DNA from: Bdellovibrio sp.
Lineage (GTDB): Bacteria; Bdellovibrionota; Bdellovibrionia; Bdellovibrionales; Bdellovibrionaceae
DNA: 64,000 nucleotides
Reading direction: 5' to 3'
Assembly: GCA_036676395.1 (NCBI GenBank)
Contig: JAKFCY010000003.1
Location: forward strand, 224,001-288,000
Positions within the stretch are counted from its first letter, which is position 1; each line of letters opens with the position of its first letter. The notes below the pieces were generated by a model. That model ran no database searches, was not told the origin of the DNA, and saw only the letters and a program-made list of their open reading frames with translations. Of this stretch, positions 1 through 8,164 are shown piece by piece. The position numbers and the translations under genes were made by a program.

Positions 1-1
1 G

Positions 2-94
2 TCTAAATTAGCTAAAGAGCTTGGTATTTCACGTGCCGGTCTTATCATGAAAGTTGAAAAATACGGTCTTGATAAGCGTAAACTTGCTCGCTAA
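2..94 (+). CDS. 3' end of an NtrC/Fis-type sigma54-dependent regulator (partial, HTH)
   Basis: Frame 2 reads SKLAKELGISRAGLIMKVEKYGLDKRKLAR*, a Fis-type HTH C-terminus. Confidence 0.8.
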   Translation, partial: SKLAKELGISRAGLIMKVEKYGLDKRKLAR

Positions 95-121
95 TACTCA
101 TACACATTAAGAAAAAAATTC

Positions 122-153
122 AACCTGAGGCTTAAAAACCTCAGGTTTTTTTT
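122..153 (+). terminator. Rho-independent terminator
   Basis: AACCTGAGG-cttaaaaa-CCTCAGGTT then T-run. Confidence 0.85.
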
Positions 154-274
154 CGTCTAAAACATTGCCACATCTTTTTTTCACTGCCCTATTCTCTTCT
201 GAAAACAGGCATTTACCCCTAGTACATAGGCTCTATAATAACTAATTCGACAGCATGCCAAGCGGAACAAATTT

Positions 275-290
275 CGGCACAACTCTTGTA
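275..290 (+). promoter_or_regulatory. Putative sigma54 (-24/-12) promoter
   Basis: CGGCAC-AACTC-TTGTA vs consensus TGGCAC-N5-TTGCW. Confidence 0.45.
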
Positions 291-363
291 TTAATTCTTT
301 GCAAGAGCGCTTTGAAAAAAGCCGGGGATAACTATTAAGCGGGGACGCCAAGTCCGTGGGGAT

Positions 364-1215
364 ATGTGTATGATGAAGGACGTTGTTGAAAATGCAGTTT
401 GGACTAAAACACAAGCTTTGATCCAAGATAAGTATGGAAAAAAGATTGCGTTTAAAACTATAGATTTAACCAATTCAGCAATGCCTTCATTTTTAGAGGG
501 TGATGATCTGATCGTGCCGTTAAATTCTAAAGCTATCTATTTAGGAGAAGTGATTGTTAACCGCGGTTCATTATTGTCAACTCAACAACGCGAAGAGATC
601 GTTGATCTTATTAAATTCTTAGTTGAGCCGCACGTTTATAATAAACATTTAAAACTTAAAGAAGAAATCGAAGCTTATAAACGCCAAGCCGCGATGGAAG
701 CTGTAAATCATGATGATACAGAAGAGACAAATGTATTTTCATTATTTAATAAAGAAGAAGACGAAACTTCATTAGTTAAACTTATTAATTCAGTTATTCA
801 TTTACGTTCTACTTCTGGTTTAATTCGCAAAAAAGTAGCTTTAAAAATTCACGATATGGCTGAACAGAACTTATTCGTGGCTTTTAGTGAAATTGCCCGT
901 CAAATGCATTCGGTTGAAGAATTCAAAACCTTTGATAAAACGACATTTTTTGTTGAAGACATCACACAATTAAATACCCAAGAGCTTGCACTTCTTGATG
1001 CAGCTTGTGCATTAAAATTAGAAGGTCTAGTTTTTATTATCGGAAGCGCAATGAGCGATAAACAAATCGACGCTTTACAAGTTTCAAAAGAACTTAGAGC
1101 AGACATGAATGCGATTTTATTTGATATTGATCGTCTGCCGTTTGCCCAACAAACTAGTACCGACGTTTTAGAACTACTGTTCTTTTCAACAAGCAATATG
1201 AGCACACAAAATTAA
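364..1215 (+). CDS. Hypothetical protein with degenerate sigma54-activator AAA-like C-terminal half
   Basis: Segments VIHLRSTSGLIRKKVALKIH, TTFFVEDITQL and ELRADMNAILFDIDRLP echo bEBP motifs but lack GKE and GAFTGA. Confidence 0.55.
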   Translation: MCMMKDVVENAVWTKTQALIQDKYGKKIAFKTIDLTNSAMPSFLEGDDLIVPLNSKAIYLGEVIVNRGSLLSTQQREEIVDLIKFLVEPHVYNKHLKLKEEIEAYKRQAAMEAVNHDDTEETNVFSLFNKEEDETSLVKLINSVIHLRSTSGLIRKKVALKIHDMAEQNLFVAFSEIARQMHSVEEFKTFDKTTFFVEDITQLNTQELALLDAACALKLEGLVFIIGSAMSDKQIDALQVSKELRADMNAILFDIDRLPFAQQTSTDVLELLFFSTSNMSTQN

Positions 1216-1251
1216 TTTGCTCGCTCGTGCGGATCATGCCAGCATTAAGGA

Positions 1252-2262
1252 ATGACCGCACAAATCGATCAGTTTTTACAAGACTATTTTACAAATTCCC
1301 TCTACAAAGTTCAGCAACTTGCGGGCGATGCTTCAGCCCGTAAATATTTTCGCGTCATTTACGAACAAGACACTTACGTCTTAATGTCGTGGGAGCCGTT
1401 CGATCCAGACAAATACCCCTTTATCAGCGTATTACGCCATTTTGAATCCTGCGGCGTAAATGTTCCTAAAATCAAAAAAATTGGCGCAGAACTGGGTTTG
1501 CTTTTATTAGAAGACTTAGGTGATCTGACTTTAGAAAGAAAGTTTTGGGAGTCAGCCAATCAAGAATACTCTTGGGATTACTACAAAAAATCTTTAGATG
1601 AAATTATTAAAATTCACACAACAGCGACACTTTCTCCAAAGCCGACAATTGCAAAAGAGATCATGTTTGATACCGCAAAATTTTTGTGGGAATTAAATTA
1701 TGCCCGCGAACATTTGATCGAAGGTGTTTTAAAATTTCAGCTGAAAGATAAAGTAGCTGCTGATCTGCAAAAAGCTTTTACGGATATCGCCGAACGCTTG
1801 CACAACGAACCCAAAGTGATTTGTCATCGTGATTACCATTCTCGTAATCTAATGATAAAGCTTGATGAAGTTTATGTGATTGATTTTCAAGATGCGCGCT
1901 TAGGCCCAATTCAGTATGACTTAGTCAGTTTATTAAAAGACTCTTATGTTGATATCAATGATGATTACGCAGATAAAATGTTAAATTATTACTTTGATAA
2001 CACCCCGTTTATACAAGACCGTAAGCTTTCAAAAGAACAGTTTAACGTAATTTATGAGTTACAAAGTGTACAACGCTGTTTTAAAGCCTGCGGTAGCTTT
2101 GCTAGCTTTATGAATACGCGCAATGACCGTCGTTACGCAAAATATTTAAATGGTACGTTAAAACGTGTAATGCGCTCTTTAACTCACTTTCCTGAATACA
2201 AAATTCTACTTGATGTTTTAATTGATGCCGGAGCCTTTGATAAAAATTATGAGCGACTCTAA
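1252..2262 (+). CDS. amgK: Anomeric MurNAc/GlcNAc kinase (APH family)
   Basis: LAGDASARKYFR, HRDYHSRNLM, IDFQDARLGP motifs; adjacent nucleotidyltransferase. Confidence 0.85.
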   Translation: MTAQIDQFLQDYFTNSLYKVQQLAGDASARKYFRVIYEQDTYVLMSWEPFDPDKYPFISVLRHFESCGVNVPKIKKIGAELGLLLLEDLGDLTLERKFWESANQEYSWDYYKKSLDEIIKIHTTATLSPKPTIAKEIMFDTAKFLWELNYAREHLIEGVLKFQLKDKVAADLQKAFTDIAERLHNEPKVICHRDYHSRNLMIKLDEVYVIDFQDARLGPIQYDLVSLLKDSYVDINDDYADKMLNYYFDNTPFIQDRKLSKEQFNVIYELQSVQRCFKACGSFASFMNTRNDRRYAKYLNGTLKRVMRSLTHFPEYKILLDVLIDAGAFDKNYERL

Positions 2263-3061
2263 AGTTAACGTTTTATTATTTGCAGCTGGCCTTGGGGCAC
2301 GCCTTCGCCCAGCTACCTTAGAAAACCCAAAACCGGTGATTCCTTTATTTGGTATTCCGATGGGGTATTATTTATTACCGTACATCATTGAACTGCCTGT
2401 GGATAAGTTTGTGGTTAATACCTTTTACTTGCCTGAAAAAATTCATGAATGTTACGATCGTTTACGTCATTCAATTAAATTTTCAGATGAAACAGCTTTT
2501 ATCAAAGGCAGCGGTGGCGGCTTAAAACAAGCCGAAAGTATTTTAGGAAATCAAAATCCGATTTTAGCCGGTAATGCTGATGAAGTTTTTTTTACGCCGG
2601 ATTCTCAGTTTTTAAAAAAAGCTTTAGACAAACATATAACTGAAAAAGCATTGGCCACTCTTATCGTGATGAACCATCCTGAAGCCGGAAAAAAATTTGG
2701 CGGCATTTGGACAGAATCACATGGTAGCGAAAAAGTTGTCTCGATTGGTAAAGAAGCACCAACACCAAACGCAAGACCATGGCATTTTATCGGTTTACAG
2801 ATTTTATCACCGGAAGTTTTTTCGATGATAGAAACTGATAAAGAATTAAATATTTTTTACGATGTACTTATTCACAAATTACCGACACATAAAGTGCAAA
2901 TCTTTCCAGTTGAAATGGATTGGTATGAATTAGGTAATTTAACAGATTACCTACACGCCAAAGCTGAAATTGCCGCGCAAAAAGATTCGAATCCTGCCTA
3001 TAAAAAGCATTTCACAAAATTGAATGCTTTGCCGCAATCAAAGCTCGGTGATTTGGCCTAG
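2249..3061 (+). CDS. murU: MurNAc-1-phosphate uridylyltransferase-like nucleotidyltransferase
   Basis: AAGLGARLRPAT..PKP N-terminal motif; overlaps amgK; likely ATG at 2249. Confidence 0.75.
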   Translation: MSDSKVNVLLFAAGLGARLRPATLENPKPVIPLFGIPMGYYLLPYIIELPVDKFVVNTFYLPEKIHECYDRLRHSIKFSDETAFIKGSGGGLKQAESILGNQNPILAGNADEVFFTPDSQFLKKALDKHITEKALATLIVMNHPEAGKKFGGIWTESHGSEKVVSIGKEAPTPNARPWHFIGLQILSPEVFSMIETDKELNIFYDVLIHKLPTHKVQIFPVEMDWYELGNLTDYLHAKAEIAAQKDSNPAYKKHFTKLNALPQSKLGDLA

Positions 3062-4135
3062 AACAACTTTTTTCTTAGCCGATGTAGCTTTCGGTAAATT
3101 TGCAGGAATCTTCCATACACAACAAGCTGCAAGCAAAGCAAAGGCAGCACCTTCGATACTTTGGGTTGGCCAGCCGTGGTCTTCGACCGTACTGACTTTA
3201 ATACTTTCTAGCTCTTCATCGATACGTTTAATTAAAAATTTATTTTTAGCGCCGCCGCCACAGAATATAATTTCGTGAGGCTGCGGACGACAAAACTGAA
3301 TGTATGATTTTGCAATTGATTGTACGGTAAATTCAGTTAAAGTTGCTACGCGATCTTCTAATGATAACTGCGCTAAAGATTTTTCAAACTTCGAATAAAA
3401 TTCTTTACCAAATTGCTCACGACCACAGCTCTTTGGTGGCTTCATCGTAAAATAAGGGTGATTCAGCATTTCAACTAAAAGCTGAACATTTACTTTACCG
3501 CGCGCTGCAAGCTTTCCTTCTTTATCGTACAATTGTGAAGAATGTGTCGACCGACGAACTTCTTCATCAATCAACATATTAGCAGGGCCCGTATCAAAAC
3601 CTAATTTTAATTCACCTTTTACAATCAAACTTAAATTGCTGATGCCACCTAAGTTATGCAGGCTTACGGTTCTTTTTTTATCGCCAAAAACTGTTTGATG
3701 AAAAAATGGAGCCAGTGGAGCACCTTCGCCGCCAGCAGCAATATCAGCTGAACGAAAATTTGAAACTACTTTTTTACCTGATGCTAAAGCTAAATAACTT
3801 GGCTCACCAATTTGCGAAGTGGCCACTTTACCTTGATGAAACACCGTCTGCCCATGTAAGCCGATAAGATCGATCATCTTTAGGGCTTTAGGCAATTGCT
3901 TGAAGCAATCAGCGTAGAAGCGCCCAAGCTCGTGATTTAGCAGCGATAGCTCTGCCACATTCATTTCATTCTGGGCAGCACGCAAAAGTTTTTTCTTTAA
4001 CATCGCCGGAAAGGTAAATGATTCCATTCCCAGATAGTCACATTGTAATCGTGTTTTATTAATTTTGATTTTTACGAAATCAACACCATCAAGGCTTGTG
4101 CCGCTCATGATGCCTAAAACTTTTAAGGTCGCCAT
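3038..4135 (-). CDS. anmK: Anhydro-N-acetylmuramic acid kinase
   Basis: GIMSGTSLDGVD, HGQTVFH, GGEGAPLAP, FDTGPANMLID, CGGG motifs. Confidence 0.95.
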   Translation of the reverse strand: MATLKVLGIMSGTSLDGVDFVKIKINKTRLQCDYLGMESFTFPAMLKKKLLRAAQNEMNVAELSLLNHELGRFYADCFKQLPKALKMIDLIGLHGQTVFHQGKVATSQIGEPSYLALASGKKVVSNFRSADIAAGGEGAPLAPFFHQTVFGDKKRTVSLHNLGGISNLSLIVKGELKLGFDTGPANMLIDEEVRRSTHSSQLYDKEGKLAARGKVNVQLLVEMLNHPYFTMKPPKSCGREQFGKEFYSKFEKSLAQLSLEDRVATLTEFTVQSIAKSYIQFCRPQPHEIIFCGGGAKNKFLIKRIDEELESIKVSTVEDHGWPTQSIEGAAFALLAACCVWKIPANLPKATSAKKKVVLGQITEL

Positions 4136-4195
4136 AACATAATTATGACGACCTTAAACATATTTGACAAAATAATTTCTAGAATCTAGATCGGA

Positions 4196-5665
4196 CTATT
4201 TTACTTCGTGCGCGATAAACGAGTCCTGCTCGTTTTTAAGTTTGTAACGACGATTCATCATTAAGAAGATATCATCACCGGCTACACCGATTAATTCGCC
4301 ATTAAATTCTTTAGCTAGACCTTCTGACGATGGCGCACGATCTTGATCAAACTTTTTACCGTCACCTTTAGCTGCTCCTAAATCATCAGTATATTTTTTA
4401 TCTGAATTTGGACCATTGTTAACATCAACAACTGTTGTTGTGCCATCCGCACCACCGAAAGATCCGCCAAGATTATCTTTATATTCTTTTTTCGCGGTTT
4501 TTGAATCAGTACCAAGCCCAGCTAATCCACCAGAACTTTGTGATAATGAATCCATCACACCTTTAGCTGCACCCGCTGGAAGACCGGCTGCAATCAACGA
4601 GTTCACGTCTTTAAAGTCGCCATCTTTATAAATTTTTCCGTTTTTTAATTTTACACTACCATCTGCTAAAGTCGTAAATGGATCAGCAATAGTTTTACCC
4701 GATGCAAAACCACTTGTTTTTAAAGCATCTTTCACTGCCGGTGGAGCTGCGCCAATACCAGGTTGCTGCTTACACTCTTCTGAACCTTCAGGTAAACATT
4801 TACCAGTCACTGGGTCATAAGAAATTGTCGTCGTGGGCTGGTTTGCACCATTTGACGTTGAAGCACAATTCGAAGGTTGCGATGATAATTGATTAAGCGA
4901 CTGACAGGCATTTGCCGCCGACTGAGCATGCTCACCCGATTGTTTTTTGGCTTTTGAGTTTAGTAAAAACATCGCTGCAGCTGTTGCAAAAAATGCTGGA
5001 GCAGCAGCACAACATCCGTACGGGCATGAAGAAGCACACGCTGTACCTTTAATTGTTGCGGCTATACCTAACCCCATAGTAATTGCTGCTGTCACATCGA
5101 AGCTCTTTTTGCCTTTGTCATTTTTTTCTTTGATTTCAGCTAAAGTTGCCGTCGCTGTTTTATTTTTTTGATCTTCGATAGCTTTTAATTCAGCTGCATT
5201 CTGAGCTGTACCCTGCGCCGAATTAGCTTGGTTATAAACAGATAAATCTTTTTGATATTGGGCATTGGCCGCGTTGTAAGAACTTTGGCACGATTGAAAT
5301 GCTGATGAATGCGGATCAAGACTTCCACAACTGTACGTCGGAGCTTTTGGTGCCACTAATTGCGTACCATCGCCCGTACTAGAACGAGCAGCTTGCGCTT
5401 GCACACCGGCCATTTGGTTTCGAACATTCGCACGTCTATTATTTTCCGCAACACAGGCTGGATCATCAACTAACGGGCGATCGCCACCCATGTTGTCATT
5501 CCAGTAAGGTGAAGGAACTTTTTTACAAACTAACGGCTGAAGTTCAGCTGCCGAATTTGCTTCGTTATTGGTCTGTTGACCAAAGTTTTCGCCAGCAAAG
5601 GCAAATTGCGATTGAAAGAAAAGGGCCGCTAAAATAATTTTTGCTAAGCTTGAATTTCGTTTCAT
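4196..5665 (-). CDS. Secreted Cys-rich hypothetical protein (489 aa)
   Basis: Signal peptide ending AFA; central hydrophobic Cys-containing segment; Gly-rich region; C-terminal IGVAGDDIFLMMNRRY. Confidence 0.85.
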   Translation of the reverse strand: MKRNSSLAKIILAALFFQSQFAFAGENFGQQTNNEANSAAELQPLVCKKVPSPYWNDNMGGDRPLVDDPACVAENNRRANVRNQMAGVQAQAARSSTGDGTQLVAPKAPTYSCGSLDPHSSAFQSCQSSYNAANAQYQKDLSVYNQANSAQGTAQNAAELKAIEDQKNKTATATLAEIKEKNDKGKKSFDVTAAITMGLGIAATIKGTACASSCPYGCCAAAPAFFATAAAMFLLNSKAKKQSGEHAQSAANACQSLNQLSSQPSNCASTSNGANQPTTTISYDPVTGKCLPEGSEECKQQPGIGAAPPAVKDALKTSGFASGKTIADPFTTLADGSVKLKNGKIYKDGDFKDVNSLIAAGLPAGAAKGVMDSLSQSSGGLAGLGTDSKTAKKEYKDNLGGSFGGADGTTTVVDVNNGPNSDKKYTDDLGAAKGDGKKFDQDRAPSSEGLAKEFNGELIGVAGDDIFLMMNRRYKLKNEQDSFIAHEVK

Positions 5666-5682
5666 GTATCCCCCGATACCTA

Positions 5683-8037
5683 TTATTGCTCGAAGCTAGC
5701 AGCATTTTGCTGATAGCGACTTCTAATTTTATCAAAGTTTGATTTACCAGATGCCGTAGAAATTTCAGCGCGCACTTGATCCGACGCTAACTTACGCTTA
5801 ATGGCCTGGTCTTGTTCATATTTACGAATTGTTGCTTTTGCAGCGTGATCTGGTTTTTTACCACCACTCAGCATATTGCCAAGGCTTGAGAAAAATCCAA
5901 ATTTTGGTTTTTCGTCTTCTTTTAGTTTACCTTTTTTTGCAGCTTCAGCATTTGAACCTGTAGCCATACCCGCTGCAGCACCGCCACCGGCAGAATCAGC
6001 AACAGCGCTACCCATTCCTAAAGCTTCGCGAGCCGCTTCACTTAAGTTAGCTCCTGGAGGAAGCTCTTCACCCGTAGTTGGATCTTTACTCATAGAGTTA
6101 AGCGAACCTAATCCATTTTGACCAGCACTTGCAAAAGCAGAAGCTCCGCCGTTATTACCAATTTTACCAATGTTAACACCTGATTTAGCTAACGAACCCA
6201 TGCAGCCATCTGCATTTGGATCAGTAGTACATTTACAAGTAATGCTCGCTGCATTGTTTGGCATACTACAGTATTCAGCTGTCGTCATATTCGGACCAGC
6301 TAATCCCGAAGTTGATTTTCCCGCTCCGCCATCACCACCAGCAGCAAGTTGTTTTTTACATGCTTGCGCATCCTGGAAGGCCGATAAAAATCCAAGGGCT
6401 GAAAGACCCATTATAGCAATATCTGCTTTATGTTTTATACATTGAGCAATCGCCGTCGGAACTGATTTATCTGGATTTAATTCTTGGCTAAGAAGCTTTT
6501 CAAGCTCAGAAAGATCTCTATCAACGTTTTGACCAGTCAATTTTGCCGGTTCAATTTTGCTGGCGCCACACTTTAATGCCGCAGCTACGCTTGTTTTCAT
6601 AGATTCAACTTTTTTCTTAGCTCCTGCACAACTGAAATCACAACGATATTTCATTGCTGTACAAGAACCTTGAGCTAATAACATACCACCCTGAGCAACT
6701 TTACTTAAATCAGAAGTTGTACCGCAAGCGTCAGAGGCAGCAGTTATTTTTGATAATACAGTGGCCCCCACTGACATTAATTTTTGTACGTTTTGTGCTT
6801 TTTCACTTCTAACCATTGAACACAGTTTTTCAGCTTGTGCTGAGGTGTTAGAGCACGATTCTTTGTTTGTTTTTAATTCAGGTGCATCTTTTTCAACTTG
6901 TGCAAAATTGGTATCAATACAAGAAATAACTTGTTGTGGTGTTCCGGCAGTACACTCGCCTTCCATTTTTGTATTGTCTGTCGTCGTTCCGTAATTCTTA
7001 GCTCTTGTAGCTTCATTTTTTGTACAATCTGCTACGGCATCTGGGCCAATCTGTTTAATAGCTGCATTAAGCCTAGTTCTAAAAGTTTGAAGTTTTGTCA
7101 TTAGCGCTTCGTCTTCAGCTTTTGATTTTGCATGACGAGCTTCGTATTCAGGATCTATTTCTTCAGGTTTTGCAGGTTTATCTGCTTCCTCAGCAGCAGC
7201 TCCCGCTTCAGGATTCTTAGCAGCCAGCTGTTTTTTAGCTTGATCAATTTTAGGTTGTTCACCAGCTTTTATAGTCTCTGCATCGCCTGGTTGTCCATTA
7301 CCTGTAGTATCTAGTTTCTGTTCGGCAGGGGCTTTTCCATCGCCAGCAACTACAGGAGTATCAGTAGTTACAGGGGTTTTCGCAGGACCCCAATCGTCCT
7401 TGCTACTACTATTATTTCCACTAGAATTTGCAGCGGTTTTTAGATCAGGACTCGTAGTCGAAGCTGTTGCTGATTCTGAACTTTCTTTAGTGGCTTTTTC
7501 TTGCGCTGCTTTTTCTTCAGCTTCTGCTTTAGTTTTATTTCGTTTAAAATCTCTTGAGCTAATATCATTAAAAAGTTTTAAGCCTTGCGACGCCTGCTTT
7601 AATGCTTGGCCTGCCCCACCACTACCACCACCACCGCCAGCAGCTTTTTTTGCTTCTGCTTGTCTTGCTGCTTCTGCTGTTGCTTGCTGTTGTTTTACTG
7701 CAGCTTGATCAGCTTTAAATGCAGTGTTTTCACAAAGTGCATTTACTTGGGTATCAACCGCAGTTTTTACTGAAGCTTCACTACACCCAGATTTGACTCC
7801 GCTAATGTATGAGCCCTCGGGTTGAACCGTTCGAATTAAACATTTAGGTTCAATTTCAGAAAGGATACGAGTTTTAGTCATATCGTCAACGGAACACTTC
7901 GGCGAAGCTCCCACATGAAGCTTTTTAAAATACGCCACTAATACTTGGTCTACCCCGCCTGCAGCTTTCGCTGTAGGTGATAACATTAGTAATACACCAA
8001 GCGCGATACTCTTTATAAGAATATGATTTTTAGTCAC
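5683..8037 (-). CDS. Secreted Cys-rich hypothetical protein (784 aa)
   Basis: GTG start with GGGGA SD; signal peptide ending AKA; many Cys; C-terminal ISTASGKSNFDKIRSRY. Confidence 0.85.
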   Translation of the reverse strand: MTKNHILIKSIALGVLLMLSPTAKAAGGVDQVLVAYFKKLHVGASPKCSVDDMTKTRILSEIEPKCLIRTVQPEGSYISGVKSGCSEASVKTAVDTQVNALCENTAFKADQAAVKQQQATAEAARQAEAKKAAGGGGGSGGAGQALKQASQGLKLFNDISSRDFKRNKTKAEAEEKAAQEKATKESSESATASTTSPDLKTAANSSGNNSSSKDDWGPAKTPVTTDTPVVAGDGKAPAEQKLDTTGNGQPGDAETIKAGEQPKIDQAKKQLAAKNPEAGAAAEEADKPAKPEEIDPEYEARHAKSKAEDEALMTKLQTFRTRLNAAIKQIGPDAVADCTKNEATRAKNYGTTTDNTKMEGECTAGTPQQVISCIDTNFAQVEKDAPELKTNKESCSNTSAQAEKLCSMVRSEKAQNVQKLMSVGATVLSKITAASDACGTTSDLSKVAQGGMLLAQGSCTAMKYRCDFSCAGAKKKVESMKTSVAAALKCGASKIEPAKLTGQNVDRDLSELEKLLSQELNPDKSVPTAIAQCIKHKADIAIMGLSALGFLSAFQDAQACKKQLAAGGDGGAGKSTSGLAGPNMTTAEYCSMPNNAASITCKCTTDPNADGCMGSLAKSGVNIGKIGNNGGASAFASAGQNGLGSLNSMSKDPTTGEELPPGANLSEAAREALGMGSAVADSAGGGAAAGMATGSNAEAAKKGKLKEDEKPKFGFFSSLGNMLSGGKKPDHAAKATIRKYEQDQAIKRKLASDQVRAEISTASGKSNFDKIRSRYQQNAASFEQ

Positions 8038-8058
8038 AGTTCCCCCTGACTGATCTTA

Positions 8059-8086
8059 ATATCGGTACAAAAGTCTAGAAACTTGA
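8059..8086 (-). promoter_or_regulatory. Sigma28 (FliA)-type promoter
   Basis: Minus strand TCAAGTTT-N12-ACCGATAT, about 20 nt before the GTG at 8037. Confidence 0.7.
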
Positions 8087-8164
8087 ATTTGTTGTGAACA
8101 GTTTTCAAACCTTAATCGTGGCAGACTTGAGTGTCTTATTTTGAGAAAATTTAAAAAATAACTT

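Noticed and set aside
4416..7708. Many 60-100 aa plus-strand ORFs
   Set aside because: Antisense shadows of the long Ala/Gly-rich minus-strand genes
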